The notes below the pieces were generated by a model. It was not told where the DNA came from. It did no database searches and was given only the letters and a program-made list of their open reading frames with translations. From a virus: DNA of 64,000 bases. Each line of letters starts with the position of its first letter. Within the stretch, counting starts at the first letter, position 1. A program made the position numbers and the translations under genes. This document shows, piece by piece, positions 1 through 9,733 of this stretch. Location: positions 4,358 to 68,357 of IMG/VR virus record IMGVR_UViG_3300046477_000387; one strand, written 5' to 3'.

Positions 1-118
1 TGTAATTGAGACCGGGCTGCAAGCATCGCTGGAAAAGACGCCGCCGACCCCCTCTCCTCTGCTGCTCAAACGCAAGGCCCAGCGTAGCCGCACGCGTGAG
101 CTTCCCGAGCTGCCAGCC

Positions 119-1375
119 CTACCAGAGCATATCGGCCAGCTCGCTCGCGCGTAGGTTGGCGTAGCGCGCGAGCATGCGCATGTCCTTGTGTCCGGTGATC
201 TTGGCGATCTCGGTGTCCCTGAGCCGGGTGCGAATGAACAGGCGGGCCGTCGCCTCGTGTCGCAGATCATGGAAGTGCAGGTCTTCGGCCCCCGCCGCCT
301 CAAAGAGGTTGCCCCACATGACCGAGAGGCGTGAACTGATCTTCCTGAAGGCGAGCCGGTCCATCTCCGGGCGCTGCTGCGGGTCCGGGGTCCAGAACGG
401 GAACAGCATGCCCCCGTCAAACGTGAAGCCGCCCATCGAGGGGTCATTGGCTGTCACTGCCTCGTAGTATCGGTTCAGGGCCGCGATCGCTACCGTGGTG
501 AGCGGCACCTGCCGTTTTGATCCATTCTTCGTCTTCTCCAGGAAGATTGTGCGGCTGCCAATATCCACCTGGTCGACGCCCAGCGAATACATCTCCTTCA
601 TGCGCATCGCCGACTCCAGCGCCAGATCAAACATGCACTGGTGCGCCGGGCGGTATTCCGCGGCGAGCGCGCGCTCCCTGTAGCCCCCGTCCCGATGCCG
701 CGGCCGGCCTCCCTCGAGCAGCCTGCGGATCTCCTTTTCTTCTTCTGCCGCGAGACGCCGGTCGCGCTCGTTCTCTCGGGGAATCGCGCGCCCCGCTCCC
801 CCGGCTTTTCTCGCCTCCGCATTGCGCGTCTCAAGCTGGCGGCGGTCCGCCTCGGTGTAGGTCGCATAGCGCTTGGGCAGCAGCCGGATCGGATTGATCA
901 CCAGCCCCGCGATCTTCTTGCGGCTCGCCCAGTCAAAGCACCGCGCGAGCGCCCCCACATGATGCCGGATCGTTGAAGGCGCGAGGTTGTGGAACTGCTT
1001 CATTGAATCGATCCACGTTTCAACCCACGCATAATCGACGTTTCTTAATGCGATTGTCCCGATACGTGCATAAAGGACATTCAAGCATGCCACATCGCTT
1101 GAAGGAACATAACCTGATTTCAGGAATCCACCAATCACATCACCAATGAAAGTGAATTTCTTGAGTTGCTCGTGAAATTCCTCGGGCACCTGTCCCAGAC
1201 GCACGAGTGCCTCGAGGTGCTCGACATAGGCATCCATCTCCGCTTCGCGCTGCGCCCACCGGTCCGGCTGCGTTTCCTTTTCCAGATTCAGGGTGATGAA
1301 GATGGGCTTGGCGAGGTGTTCCTTACTCTTGACCGTCCACTCGATGATGTGGTCGCGACGACGCTTGTAGGCCAT
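119..1375 (-). CDS. int: Tyrosine recombinase / phage integrase
   Basis: Catalytic motifs ESAMRMKE, KTKNG, HFHDLRHEA, ITGHKDMRMLARY; likely start MAYKRR at 1375 (ORF track extends to 1471); adjacent to the tRNA fragment. Confidence 0.93.
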   Translation of the reverse strand: MAYKRRRDHIIEWTVKSKEHLAKPIFITLNLEKETQPDRWAQREAEMDAYVEHLEALVRLGQVPEEFHEQLKKFTFIGDVIGGFLKSGYVPSSDVACLNVLYARIGTIALRNVDYAWVETWIDSMKQFHNLAPSTIRHHVGALARCFDWASRKKIAGLVINPIRLLPKRYATYTEADRRQLETRNAEARKAGGAGRAIPRENERDRRLAAEEEKEIRRLLEGGRPRHRDGGYRERALAAEYRPAHQCMFDLALESAMRMKEMYSLGVDQVDIGSRTIFLEKTKNGSKRQVPLTTVAIAALNRYYEAVTANDPSMGGFTFDGGMLFPFWTPDPQQRPEMDRLAFRKISSRLSVMWGNLFEAAGAEDLHFHDLRHEATARLFIRTRLRDTEIAKITGHKDMRMLARYANLRASELADMLW

Positions 1376-1591
1376 GACGGTGTGCTCCGGTGGTCTGGAC
1401 GTGCGCATGCGACACGCGCGAGGACACTCGGGGACGCCGCGCAGCCAGAGGAAAAGGGAAGGTGCCGGCACGCATGAACGGAGGGTGTCCAGGCGGGCGG
1501 TAGACTCATCTTAACGCACAACCCGACTATCTGCCGGTCGGTAAACCGGGCGGGTGCGGGCGGGTGAAGTGGTTTCTGGAGGGTTTCAGGC

Positions 1592-1623
1592 CACTTAGCT
1601 GCGGTGCAGCATGCAGCTAAGTG
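1592..1623. terminator. Stem-loop just 3' of the tRNA-Cys fragment
   Basis: Inverted repeat CACTTAGCTGC-N10-GCAGCTAAGTG; positioned to follow the reconstituted tRNA after integration. Confidence 0.5.
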
Positions 1624-1634
1624 CCTGATTTTAC

Positions 1635-1687
1635 TGGAGGCGCGAGCCGGAGTCGAACCGGCCTAAACGGCTTTGCAGGCCGCTGCA
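1635..1687 (-). other. attP core: 3' part of tRNA-Cys(GCA)
   Basis: Minus strand TGCAGCGGCCTGCAAAGCCGTTTAGGCCGGTTCGACTCCGGCTCGCGCCTCCA has the anticodon arm, T-loop and CCA but no 5' acceptor strand or complete D-arm. Confidence 0.9.
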
Positions 1688-1697
1688 ACAGTAATGA

Positions 1698-1710
1698 AAT
1701 CAATGACTTG
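1698..1710 (+). promoter_or_regulatory. IHF-binding site in attP
   Basis: AATCAATGACTTG matches WATCAANNNNTTR; a second near-match on the minus strand at 1618-1630 flanks the other side of the core. Confidence 0.65.
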
Positions 1711-1778
1711 CAGAGGCGCTCGCTTTTTCATCCGATTGTGCATCGCACCAATTCGCGCCATGCGGACGAATGATCGCG

Positions 1779-2405
1779 CTACTCGAACCAGTGCGCGCGC
1801 TCCATGTCGAGGTCAATTCCGGCGACCGTTTTATAGGCCCGGCGCAACTGCGGCCACTCTACATCGAAGATCGCCGCGAGTTCAAGCGAGAGACCAAAGA
1901 GCGGGGCCGGCGCACCGTTCAGCTCCTGCCAGAACACATACGGCGTGCCCAGACGGCGCGGTGCGAGCCGCAGCAGCTCACGGGCGATGCTGGAGAGCTG
2001 GCCTTCCCGTAGCGCCTTTGCCTTGTCCCACGTGAGCGTGATGACCTGGTCGATTTCCAGATCGGCTTCGAGACCGAACAGAACCGCAGCCGGCCGGGGC
2101 CGCTCTAGCTGCTCCAGACCTTTTCTGAGATCGCCAAGCGTCATGCGCTCTAGCGGTATCGAGAACGACAGCGCTGGCACGCGTGGTATCTCGCCGCGTG
2201 CATGTGCGCTCGCAAGCTCCGCCATGACCGTTTCGAGAATGACCTTCGCTTCGGCGCCGTAGTCGTCAAACGCCATGCGCGTCTGGAAGGCGAGGAACTG
2301 GGCCGGATGGATCGTATCGACCGGCTGGTTCCAGAGGGAAGATTGTGAGATGGGCGAATTGCCCAGTAGGAGGGAAAGATCCCCGATTTCTTTGAGCGCC
2401 TGCAT
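1779..2405 (-). CDS. Hypothetical protein, possibly degenerate tyrosine-recombinase-like fold
   Basis: 208 aa; AAVLFGLEADLEIDQVITLTWD resembles box I without the catalytic Arg. Confidence 0.5.
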   Translation of the reverse strand: MQALKEIGDLSLLLGNSPISQSSLWNQPVDTIHPAQFLAFQTRMAFDDYGAEAKVILETVMAELASAHARGEIPRVPALSFSIPLERMTLGDLRKGLEQLERPRPAAVLFGLEADLEIDQVITLTWDKAKALREGQLSSIARELLRLAPRRLGTPYVFWQELNGAPAPLFGLSLELAAIFDVEWPQLRRAYKTVAGIDLDMERAHWFE

Positions 2406-2448
2406 GCTGTTCTCCAGAGGCGCTCAAAGATACCACACCGGGTTACTG

Positions 2449-2706
2449 CTAGTCTTGCCTGACCTTCTCCTTCAGGTCTTTGAGGGTGGCGATGCGATCG
2501 GCCGATTGGGAGGTCAGCAGTTCCAGTTTGCCGCGCAACTCCTGGAACCTGAGCGTCATGAACCGGGTGATGGTGATGAAGACGCCGCACGTGCTCATGA
2601 TGGATAGCCCGATGATGGTCAGCGCCTGATCCGCCGTCAGGGCGCTGTGCAGTAGCGCGTAGACCATCACTCCGAAGGCGGCGATTGAGAGGTAGAGCCA
2701 GCTCAT
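2449..2706 (-). CDS. Small membrane protein
   Basis: Two hydrophobic helices and a C-terminal coiled coil; 4-bp overlap with the upstream gene. Confidence 0.65.
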   Translation of the reverse strand: MSWLYLSIAAFGVMVYALLHSALTADQALTIIGLSIMSTCGVFITITRFMTLRFQELRGKLELLTSQSADRIATLKDLKEKVRQD

Positions 2707-3374
2707 GCCGCCACCTGGCGGATCGGGCGCAGCTTGCGCATGTCGGCGTAACCCGTGACATGCGCCTTGATATGCTCGACCGCCGATGCCTGGGTCTGCT
2801 CATTGAACGCGGGCAGATAGACGTCGATCTCCTCGGTCCTGATAAGCCTCGCCCACGACTGCTCGGTCGAAAGCATTTCAGCGAGCCGGCCCGCGTAACC
2901 CTTCAGCACCTTTGCCGCGTCGCCGGGGCTCTTGTGAATCATCGCTTCGGCGACGTCGATGCCAGCGCGCTTCATGAAGCGAGCCGCGATGACTTCGGTG
3001 GGGTTGTCCACGTAGACGGCGACGTGGTGCGCGCCCTGGGTCTTTGACCACGCCGCGATCTGACGTAACCCTTCCGGCTCGCATACCAGCACGACGTCCT
3101 TGCCTGCTTCAAATGCCCGTCGCACCTCGCTCACCATCAGGCCATAGTGATTGCCGCCAAAGCGCACATGCTCGATGAAGGCTTCCTGAGCGACGAGGCG
3201 CCGGAACATGCTCTCGTCAACGAAGTGATAGTTGATGCCCATCGCCTCACCCTCGCGCATCGGCCGGGTTGTGGTGCTGATGAGGTTGACGAACCCCTCG
3301 GCCTTGAGCAGACACTCGAGGGTCGTCTTGCCGGCGCATGAAGGGCCGGTCAGGGTCACGATCGTCTTACGCAT
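2703..3374 (-). CDS. Guanylate kinase-like protein
   Basis: P-loop GPSCAGKTT and GK signature STTTRPMREGE..G..YHFV. Confidence 0.88.
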   Translation of the reverse strand: MRKTIVTLTGPSCAGKTTLECLLKAEGFVNLISTTTRPMREGEAMGINYHFVDESMFRRLVAQEAFIEHVRFGGNHYGLMVSEVRRAFEAGKDVVLVCEPEGLRQIAAWSKTQGAHHVAVYVDNPTEVIAARFMKRAGIDVAEAMIHKSPGDAAKVLKGYAGRLAEMLSTEQSWARLIRTEEIDVYLPAFNEQTQASAVEHIKAHVTGYADMRKLRPIRQVAA

Positions 3375-3573
3375 TGGTGCTCTCCTCTGCCGGCTTCAGC
3401 GCCAGCTTCCCAGTGATCACTTCCAGGAAGCGGCACATCGTGATCAGGTCCACTTCCTGGTTGTGCTTGTTGATGACTTTGATCTGGCCGCCGATCATGC
3501 CGCGCACCGCGGGAAACACCACGTGCCGCCAGGGCATCGTTGCCTGAAGCGCCTTGAATTCTTTCTCATCCAT
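3367..3573 (-). CDS. Hypothetical protein
   Basis: 68 aa ORF overlapping both neighbours. Confidence 0.6.
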   Translation of the reverse strand: MDEKEFKALQATMPWRHVVFPAVRGMIGGQIKVINKHNQEVDLITMCRFLEVITGKLALKPAEESTNA

Positions 3574-3986
3574 CAGATCACCATCTCGTCCAGGTTCAGT
3601 TTCAGGGGTGAATCCGGCCCCGACAGTTCAATCCCGCGAAACGCGAGCGCTCGCATGTCTGCGAGGTGCGCGCGTGTCGCTTCCAGTTCCCGCTTGTGAT
3701 TCTCGACACTCTCCCCGCTCGATGGACGCAATCCCGCGCGATACATTGCGTCGAACAGGACTTGCGCGTTCTGGTTCCAGATGCGGAACGCAGGTGCGTC
3801 GTCATAAATCTCGCCGCGTTTCAGCGTCTGGTAGGTCGGCTCGGAGATCGGGCGCATGATCCCGACCTCGCCCGTCGAATCGTTCCACCAGTTGATGATG
3901 TGGAAGTCCCACGTGCCATGCGCCGGATTCAGTCTTACGTCTGCCTTGCCGACAACCAGACTCGGCACCGTTACGGGCGTCGTCAC
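3573..3986 (-). CDS. Hypothetical protein
   Basis: 137 aa ORF coupled to the ligase stop. Confidence 0.65.
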   Translation of the reverse strand: MTTPVTVPSLVVGKADVRLNPAHGTWDFHIINWWNDSTGEVGIMRPISEPTYQTLKRGEIYDDAPAFRIWNQNAQVLFDAMYRAGLRPSSGESVENHKRELEATRAHLADMRALAFRGIELSGPDSPLKLNLDEMVI

Positions 3987-5386
3987 GCGGCCTCCGCGAG
4001 TTCGGGCGCCTTCTCACCGCGCACGGCTGCGTCACGCTGGGCATAGACTTCTTCCAGCGAGTCGGGCAAGTCCTTGTCCGTGCGGAACCAGTCCTCGACC
4101 ATGCGCGGCAGGAACAGCGAGTGCAGCGGGTTGCTGTCGGACGGCTCCATGATTTCGTTGAAGCGCACGGCCCACACGCGTTCCAGGAACGAGACCGGGT
4201 CAGCCTCGATGGCGTCGCGCAGCTTTTCATTCTTCACGGCCACGTTTACGCTCAGCAGCCCGTCGAGCGTTTCCATGCGAATGCGACCCGGTCGGCCCTC
4301 ATTCTTCGTGCCGTCTTCGCCGTCGAGGATTCCCTTCGTGATGAGGTCGACGTCCACTTCGAGCTTGAGCTTGACCACGTCGGGGTTGCCGCCGCTCGTG
4401 TCCTTCCAGAAGCCCGCGCCGTTCTTCAGCACCGTGCCTTCCTTGCCGTCACCCTGAAGGCTGGTGCAATGCGCGTAGGCTTCCTTGAGCGAATAGACGA
4501 TCTTGGTCGGGATGAGTTTGATGGAGCTCGCCATCGGATACCGTATCAGTTGCGCCAGCAGACTCCTGAAGCGCTCGCGATACGGCACGTCATGCTTGCC
4601 CTTCGGCTGCACGGCCGCCAATGGAATCTGGTCCCATGCGAAGAACACCGGCACCTCGTTCTCGGCGAAGCTGCCGCCCGCCAGCACACTGTTCAGGATG
4701 CCGTTGCCGGTTGCCCGGTCAGCAATCTTGCCGTCGACCATCACGACGATCTCGCCGTGCGTCTGTGTGCCTTTCGGGAACACTTCCGCAATCTCGATGA
4801 TCATCTTGCCGAACTGTTCGATCGGCAACTCGTTACCCTGGCGCGTGGTAAGCCGAACCACGCCTGCGTCGTCGTGGTCGACGTTCGTGAACGCGCCGTC
4901 CGCTTTCTGCTGGCTGAACGCCCCCGCGGTCCAATCCCACTCGTCGAACTTGGCTTTCGCTGGCAGCACGCAGCGCATGTAGGGGAACGTGCGGATCACG
5001 CCCTTCTTAGCCTTGTTGACGGTCTCGCCCGAGAAGCCTGCACGCAGGTCTTTCTTGATGATGCGCCAGAACAGTTCGCTCGACGCGGGCTCAAGGCGCT
5101 CCATCTCGCCGCGAACCGTGTCGATGGCGTTGTTGCCGGTCAGGCGTCGCGCCGCGAGGTCGTCGATGATCTGCCAGGTGGATGCATCGAACATTCCGCC
5201 TTCCACCATCGTGTCAGTTTCCGGGCGTTTGCTGATGCCGTAGCTCACCAGTGGATCGAGCGCGGCGACGAGCGTGCGCCGAAAGTCCGCGTCGGCGATG
5301 TTGGCGGCGACGAGCGCCTGCTTTTCGTTCTTGCTGGACGTCGCCGCGATCATGTCGATCGCGAGGAAGATTTCTTTCGAGTTCAT
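3983..5386 (-). CDS. ATP-dependent DNA ligase
   Basis: Motif I QQKADG, motif III HGE, motif IV EGTVLK, motif V KLK, C-terminal SLFLPR; AAAGGAG RBS. Confidence 0.92.
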   Translation of the reverse strand: MNSKEIFLAIDMIAATSSKNEKQALVAANIADADFRRTLVAALDPLVSYGISKRPETDTMVEGGMFDASTWQIIDDLAARRLTGNNAIDTVRGEMERLEPASSELFWRIIKKDLRAGFSGETVNKAKKGVIRTFPYMRCVLPAKAKFDEWDWTAGAFSQQKADGAFTNVDHDDAGVVRLTTRQGNELPIEQFGKMIIEIAEVFPKGTQTHGEIVVMVDGKIADRATGNGILNSVLAGGSFAENEVPVFFAWDQIPLAAVQPKGKHDVPYRERFRSLLAQLIRYPMASSIKLIPTKIVYSLKEAYAHCTSLQGDGKEGTVLKNGAGFWKDTSGGNPDVVKLKLEVDVDLITKGILDGEDGTKNEGRPGRIRMETLDGLLSVNVAVKNEKLRDAIEADPVSFLERVWAVRFNEIMEPSDSNPLHSLFLPRMVEDWFRTDKDLPDSLEEVYAQRDAAVRGEKAPELAEAA

Positions 5387-5406
5387 GGTTCTCCTTTGTG
5401 TGTTGG

Positions 5407-6384
5407 TTATGCCGTTGCGCGGGCTTCACGCATGCGTTTTGCGAATTCCAGCATCGACTCGCCGGGCAGCGGCTTGATCGTCGGTGCGGAGCCAGTCGGC
5501 TTGAGCGGCTCGCCGATGGCGGCGGCCGTCTTCATGGCGCCCTTGAGCGCGTCGTTGGCGGCCGGCGGGTTGTCTAGCGCCTTTTCGAAGCGCTCCGACT
5601 GCTCCTTGTCGAGCTTGATCGGCTCGGGCTTCCCAGCGACGGTCTCGGCCATTGCCGCGTTGATCGCCGCCGCATAGCCGCCTTCCATCGACGCGACGAG
5701 CGGTGCTGGTTGAGGCTTCACCGGCTCGGTGCGCTTGGCGGCGACCTTTGCACGGCTCGCGTTACCGGCCTCCTTCAGCTCGGTCAGGAAGGTCGACTGG
5801 ACCGGCTGCCGGTTCAGCTCTGCGATGTGCTCGTTCAGCCTGGAGCGGCTGATGTAGTAGAGCGCGCGACCCTCGAGGCGCTCCTTGTCGCGCAGATGGA
5901 ATGCGGGGCAGGTGCGGCCGGTGATTGCTGTCTCGCAGCCGCCGAGCAGACCTTCGAGACGGCGCTCCTCAACCGCCCTGATCTTGTTCAGGCACACCGC
6001 ATAGCCCGGACGATGACCGCCGGCTTCGCAGTAGTCGAGGTAGTGCGCGTTGTCGCCCCGCGCCGATGCTTCCGGCGGGTAGAGGGTGTCATCCTTGAAT
6101 ACGTGTTTTGTGTCGGGCATAGCCCTCTCCTTACCAAGAGCCCCACTCGGGGCGGATTTCTTCGAATGCCTGCTGCGCAACATGTTGGCGAATGTGTTGA
6201 TGACCGCCTTCTTCTCGGCGGCCTGGCGGATCACGCTGCCCAGGCGGAACTTCGCGTCGAACTCGACCAGCCTGCGAACGTCGGGCGACATGCCGGCGAG
6301 TAGCGCTTCGGCGCCTTCCTCCCTGCCGATTCGGCGACCTTCGCGCTTACCGTTGAAATAGACTTCAGTCACCACGACCCCCAC
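5407..6384 (-). CDS. Hypothetical protein with Cys cluster; possible internal start at 6120
   Basis: Four spaced Cys in the middle, Ala/Pro-rich tail; strong AAGGAGAG RBS before the in-frame ATG at 6120. Confidence 0.65.
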   Translation of the reverse strand: MGVVVTEVYFNGKREGRRIGREEGAEALLAGMSPDVRRLVEFDAKFRLGSVIRQAAEKKAVINTFANMLRSRHSKKSAPSGALGKERAMPDTKHVFKDDTLYPPEASARGDNAHYLDYCEAGGHRPGYAVCLNKIRAVEERRLEGLLGGCETAITGRTCPAFHLRDKERLEGRALYYISRSRLNEHIAELNRQPVQSTFLTELKEAGNASRAKVAAKRTEPVKPQPAPLVASMEGGYAAAINAAMAETVAGKPEPIKLDKEQSERFEKALDNPPAANDALKGAMKTAAAIGEPLKPTGSAPTIKPLPGESMLEFAKRMREARATA

Positions 6385-6833
6385 TGCTCGCCGCGGTCGG
6401 GTTCCGGTTGCGCCACTTTTGGCGGCTCCGGCTCAACAGAGCCGATCGACGCGGCTGCCGCACTGGTCGCTACGCGAAGCTGGTCAACCAGCTCAGGGTC
6501 CGCGTAGTGCTCGCCGATGCAGCGATATGCGGCGCTGAGCGTCTGACTTCCCGTATGCACGTGAACGCCAAATCCACCTGTTTTATCCACGTAGTCCTTG
6601 CGGCGCTTGGCGCTCAGTTGCTTCCTGACCGATTCGAGCGCCTGCGCCGCGGTGTCGTGTTCAATCGTTTGGGTCTGACCGCCACCGCTCTTTGCGGTAG
6701 CCATCGCACCCCAGCGCCGGACCTCAATGAACTTCTTCGCCTCCTCGTTCAGGAAGGTGACGATCTCGTAATACTTAGTCCCGCCGCTGTGGACGAGATA
6801 TTCGGCTCCGATAGTGAGCGTTGAACGCATCAA
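6369..6833 (-). CDS. WGR-domain-like protein
   Basis: KYYEI...RRWG...G pattern followed by an A...KRRKDY helix; ends WGSW. Confidence 0.65.
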   Translation of the reverse strand: MMRSTLTIGAEYLVHSGGTKYYEIVTFLNEEAKKFIEVRRWGAMATAKSGGGQTQTIEHDTAAQALESVRKQLSAKRRKDYVDKTGGFGVHVHTGSQTLSAAYRCIGEHYADPELVDQLRVATSAAAASIGSVEPEPPKVAQPEPDRGEQWGSW

Positions 6834-6934
6834 ATTCCCCTCTCGCGCTTGACTGTCGCGCTTTCAATACAAAACATTCTACGGTTCGATCTCAGGGAAG
6901 TATAGTCAGTTTCGACTATCTTTCTCAGGCAGAA

Positions 6935-8026
6935 TCAACGGCCTTTGGTGAGCTTCATGCGCGTGGCCGTCATCGGATTGATCACCGTCGCCCGCCAGAA
7001 GGCATCCCGCACCACCGATGGCGCGACTTCGTTGGGGTCGCGGTCCTTCGGCAGCACCGCCACCCGAGCAACGAGGCCGTGCCCCTTCATCATCAGTGCC
7101 GCCTCGATCGCTGCATCGATGGCCTTGTCTTCGCCATCCCACATCACAGTGACCTGCTCCAGACCCTTCTCGCGCAACTCGACGAGTCGCGCCATCTGTG
7201 ACTGGTCGTCGCCGTTTGACAGGTGCTTGCCGAAGCTGCCGATCGGCACCACGTCGCGCAGGTGCATGTCGCCGTCGAGCGCGATCTTGGTGGCGGCCAC
7301 GTCGAACACGCCCTCGCCGATACACACCCGCTTCGCACCGATGGCGTTCTGCCCGTTGTAGAGGACCGAGCCCGTCGAGGCGAACCCCGGCGGGAACAGA
7401 TACTTCTTGTCGGCCTCGCCGGTAATATCGCGGCCCTGGAACGTGACGAGGTCGCCCTCGAGGTCAAAGACCGGAATGATCACCCGGTTGGCGTAGTCCT
7501 GCGCGCGGCGGCGGCCCTCGTCGGTGTAGAAGAACTTGCCCTTCTGCGAGAAGCGCAGGCTGAAATACGAGGCGATCGTGCCGGTGATGTTGCGCCGGTC
7601 CAGATATTTCAGGTTCCGGCCGGCGTGCGGCAAGGCGATCGACTCCGGCAGCTTCAGTTCGGTGTCGAGATTGACCGCCACCGCCTTCTTCTTCGCCGGC
7701 CGCCAGCCCTGCTGCTTGGCGAACTGCTTGATATGGTCGACCACATCACGGTTGCTGGTCGCGTTCAGCGATGCCTTGATGAAGCTCCACTTGTTGAATG
7801 TGGTCTCGCAGTCCCCACTAAAGCAGTTCCCAAATCCGGTCTCGAGGCCGATGTAGACCTTCCAGTTCGAGTTGCCGCAGCACGGGCATTCCTTCACGTT
7901 CGCCTGCCTGCCGCGTGCGCCGCGCGCCTGCTTGTAGACCACGCCCTGATCATCGAGCCAGGACTCGATATCGATCTGGTCGAGCGCTTCCTGGAGTTCC
8001 GCGTTATCGCTCACATCCGTCCCCAT
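6935..8026 (-). CDS. DNA primase (Zn finger + TOPRIM)
   Basis: CPCCG...CFSGDC Zn finger; IIPVFD...FQGR; GEGVFD and WDGE TOPRIM motifs; DPNE. Confidence 0.9.
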   Translation of the reverse strand: MGTDVSDNAELQEALDQIDIESWLDDQGVVYKQARGARGRQANVKECPCCGNSNWKVYIGLETGFGNCFSGDCETTFNKWSFIKASLNATSNRDVVDHIKQFAKQQGWRPAKKKAVAVNLDTELKLPESIALPHAGRNLKYLDRRNITGTIASYFSLRFSQKGKFFYTDEGRRRAQDYANRVIIPVFDLEGDLVTFQGRDITGEADKKYLFPPGFASTGSVLYNGQNAIGAKRVCIGEGVFDVAATKIALDGDMHLRDVVPIGSFGKHLSNGDDQSQMARLVELREKGLEQVTVMWDGEDKAIDAAIEAALMMKGHGLVARVAVLPKDRDPNEVAPSVVRDAFWRATVINPMTATRMKLTKGR

Positions 8027-8323
8027 CTGAAACTACCAACCCACACCCGGTCCAGCCTTCCACGCTTGATCGCAAAGTGAAGACGAAGCCATCGCACGCT
8101 GAACCACGTGCGCTTGCCTACCGGACAGTAATGACGTTTGAACATTTGACGAGACATATTCTTTCAGTTGCGCGCACGATACGCGCGAGAAACAGGGGGT
8201 AGTGAGCCCCCTGTGAGGTTGCCTAGCTACACGCCAAAGCGAGTAGGGTCACGAGCGCAGGCAGCCCGATCCGGCCGCCCGAAAAGACGACCATCAGCAG
8301 AAAGAAAACCCAGGGGTGCGCCA

Positions 8324-9733
8324 TTACTCGACCCTTATGATGGATTTGATGAACGTCATCCTTTGCATATCCTGCTGGATGAATACGGTGAATCCAGACT
8401 CCTGATTCCGGGAAGCCGCGAAATACAGACGTGCCTCATTTTTGGACCGTTCTTCATCCGTGATATTGATCGAAATGACAAGATCGGCAATTCTGATTCG
8501 ATTAAAATCCTCGGCCACGTGTTCCGCTTTCGCCACCGTTGACTTGAAGCCCTCGCGGTTGGTCTGCGTCGCCGACAGCATCGCAAAACCTTCCATCAGC
8601 GCGATTGCCCGCATATCCGTGTAGATGGACTTCGAGTTCTCCACCGAGTCCTGCGTGCGGAAGTTCGGCGCCATAATGTCGAGGTAGTCGATCACCACCA
8701 GGTCGAAGACGATGCCCTTCGCCTTGTAGCGGTCGATCAGCGCCTGCATCGAGTTCGGCGTGAACTTCGATGAGGCAAACTCATGCACCCGCAGCAGGCC
8801 CGCGCGCTTGCTCAGCGCCTCGACCTTGGTGCGCACATCGTGAATGTTCTTGCCGAGCTCCTTGATGATGTTCTCGGAGATCGACGCGTCCAGACGCTCG
8901 GAGATAATCCGGGCCGCCAGTTCGAGCGTCACATACAGGACGTTCTTGCCGACCATCGAGGCGGCTTTCGCAAAGTTGATGAGGGCGGTCGACTTACCCG
9001 CCTTCGCCCCGCCCATCAGCAGCGTGAGTTCCTTGCGGCCCCAGCCCTTGTGCATCAGCAGTTCATCGAGCTTCGGCAGCCCCGACGAGATACCCTTCGG
9101 CGGTGTCTTGCCGCTCGCTTCGTCGAGGCGTTCTTCGGTGCGCGCCTCGATCATGTTCCAGTAGTCGTAGCCCTCGTCGGCCTCGTTCAGCCCGACGTCA
9201 TACGCCTCCTTGATCGCCTTGAGGATCGGATCGAACTTCTTCTTTTCCAGCAGGCTCACCGAGGACAGGATGGCCTGTCCGACCGCCTGGTGACGGGCGA
9301 ATTCGGCTACCTTCTCAGCGACATATTCGCGGTCGCCGACCGAGCCGTCCTTCATGATCTTGAATGCGCGCACCACTTCGGCCGCAACGTCCTTCTTCAT
9401 GCGGGCGCTCGTCACGGCGTCGCGGATCAGGGTCGGGACAACCGACGCATCAGGAACGCGTTTATACCGCTCGTAATAGCGCAGCACGAGGTCCATCAGC
9501 CCTGCTTCACCCGTTGACTCGAAGTAGTCGGGTTTCAGCAGGTGCGCGGCCCGGCGCATGAATTCCGTGTCACGCAGCGCGAGCGTGGCGATGGTGGTCT
9601 GGAACTGCTCGTCAAATTCAAACTTCTCGATCTCGACAGCCTCTTCCGGCGCCGCGGTGGTAGCGCCGGCATATGCGGCACCCACCATCTTCGCGACCGA
9701 GTCCTCGACAGCGTCAATGGTGGCCGCGCTCAT
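8324..9733 (-). CDS. Replicative DnaB-like (SF4) helicase
   Basis: Walker A GGAKAGKS, YVTLE, VIDYLD, SATQTNR. Confidence 0.92.
   Translation of the reverse strand: MSAATIDAVEDSVAKMVGAAYAGATTAAPEEAVEIEKFEFDEQFQTTIATLALRDTEFMRRAAHLLKPDYFESTGEAGLMDLVLRYYERYKRVPDASVVPTLIRDAVTSARMKKDVAAEVVRAFKIMKDGSVGDREYVAEKVAEFARHQAVGQAILSSVSLLEKKKFDPILKAIKEAYDVGLNEADEGYDYWNMIEARTEERLDEASGKTPPKGISSGLPKLDELLMHKGWGRKELTLLMGGAKAGKSTALINFAKAASMVGKNVLYVTLELAARIISERLDASISENIIKELGKNIHDVRTKVEALSKRAGLLRVHEFASSKFTPNSMQALIDRYKAKGIVFDLVVIDYLDIMAPNFRTQDSVENSKSIYTDMRAIALMEGFAMLSATQTNREGFKSTVAKAEHVAEDFNRIRIADLVISINITDEERSKNEARLYFAASRNQESGFTVFIQQDMQRMTFIKSIIRVE

Noticed and set aside
1635-1687. Functional tRNA-Cys gene
   Set aside because: The 5' acceptor strand and most of the D-arm are missing; it is an att core
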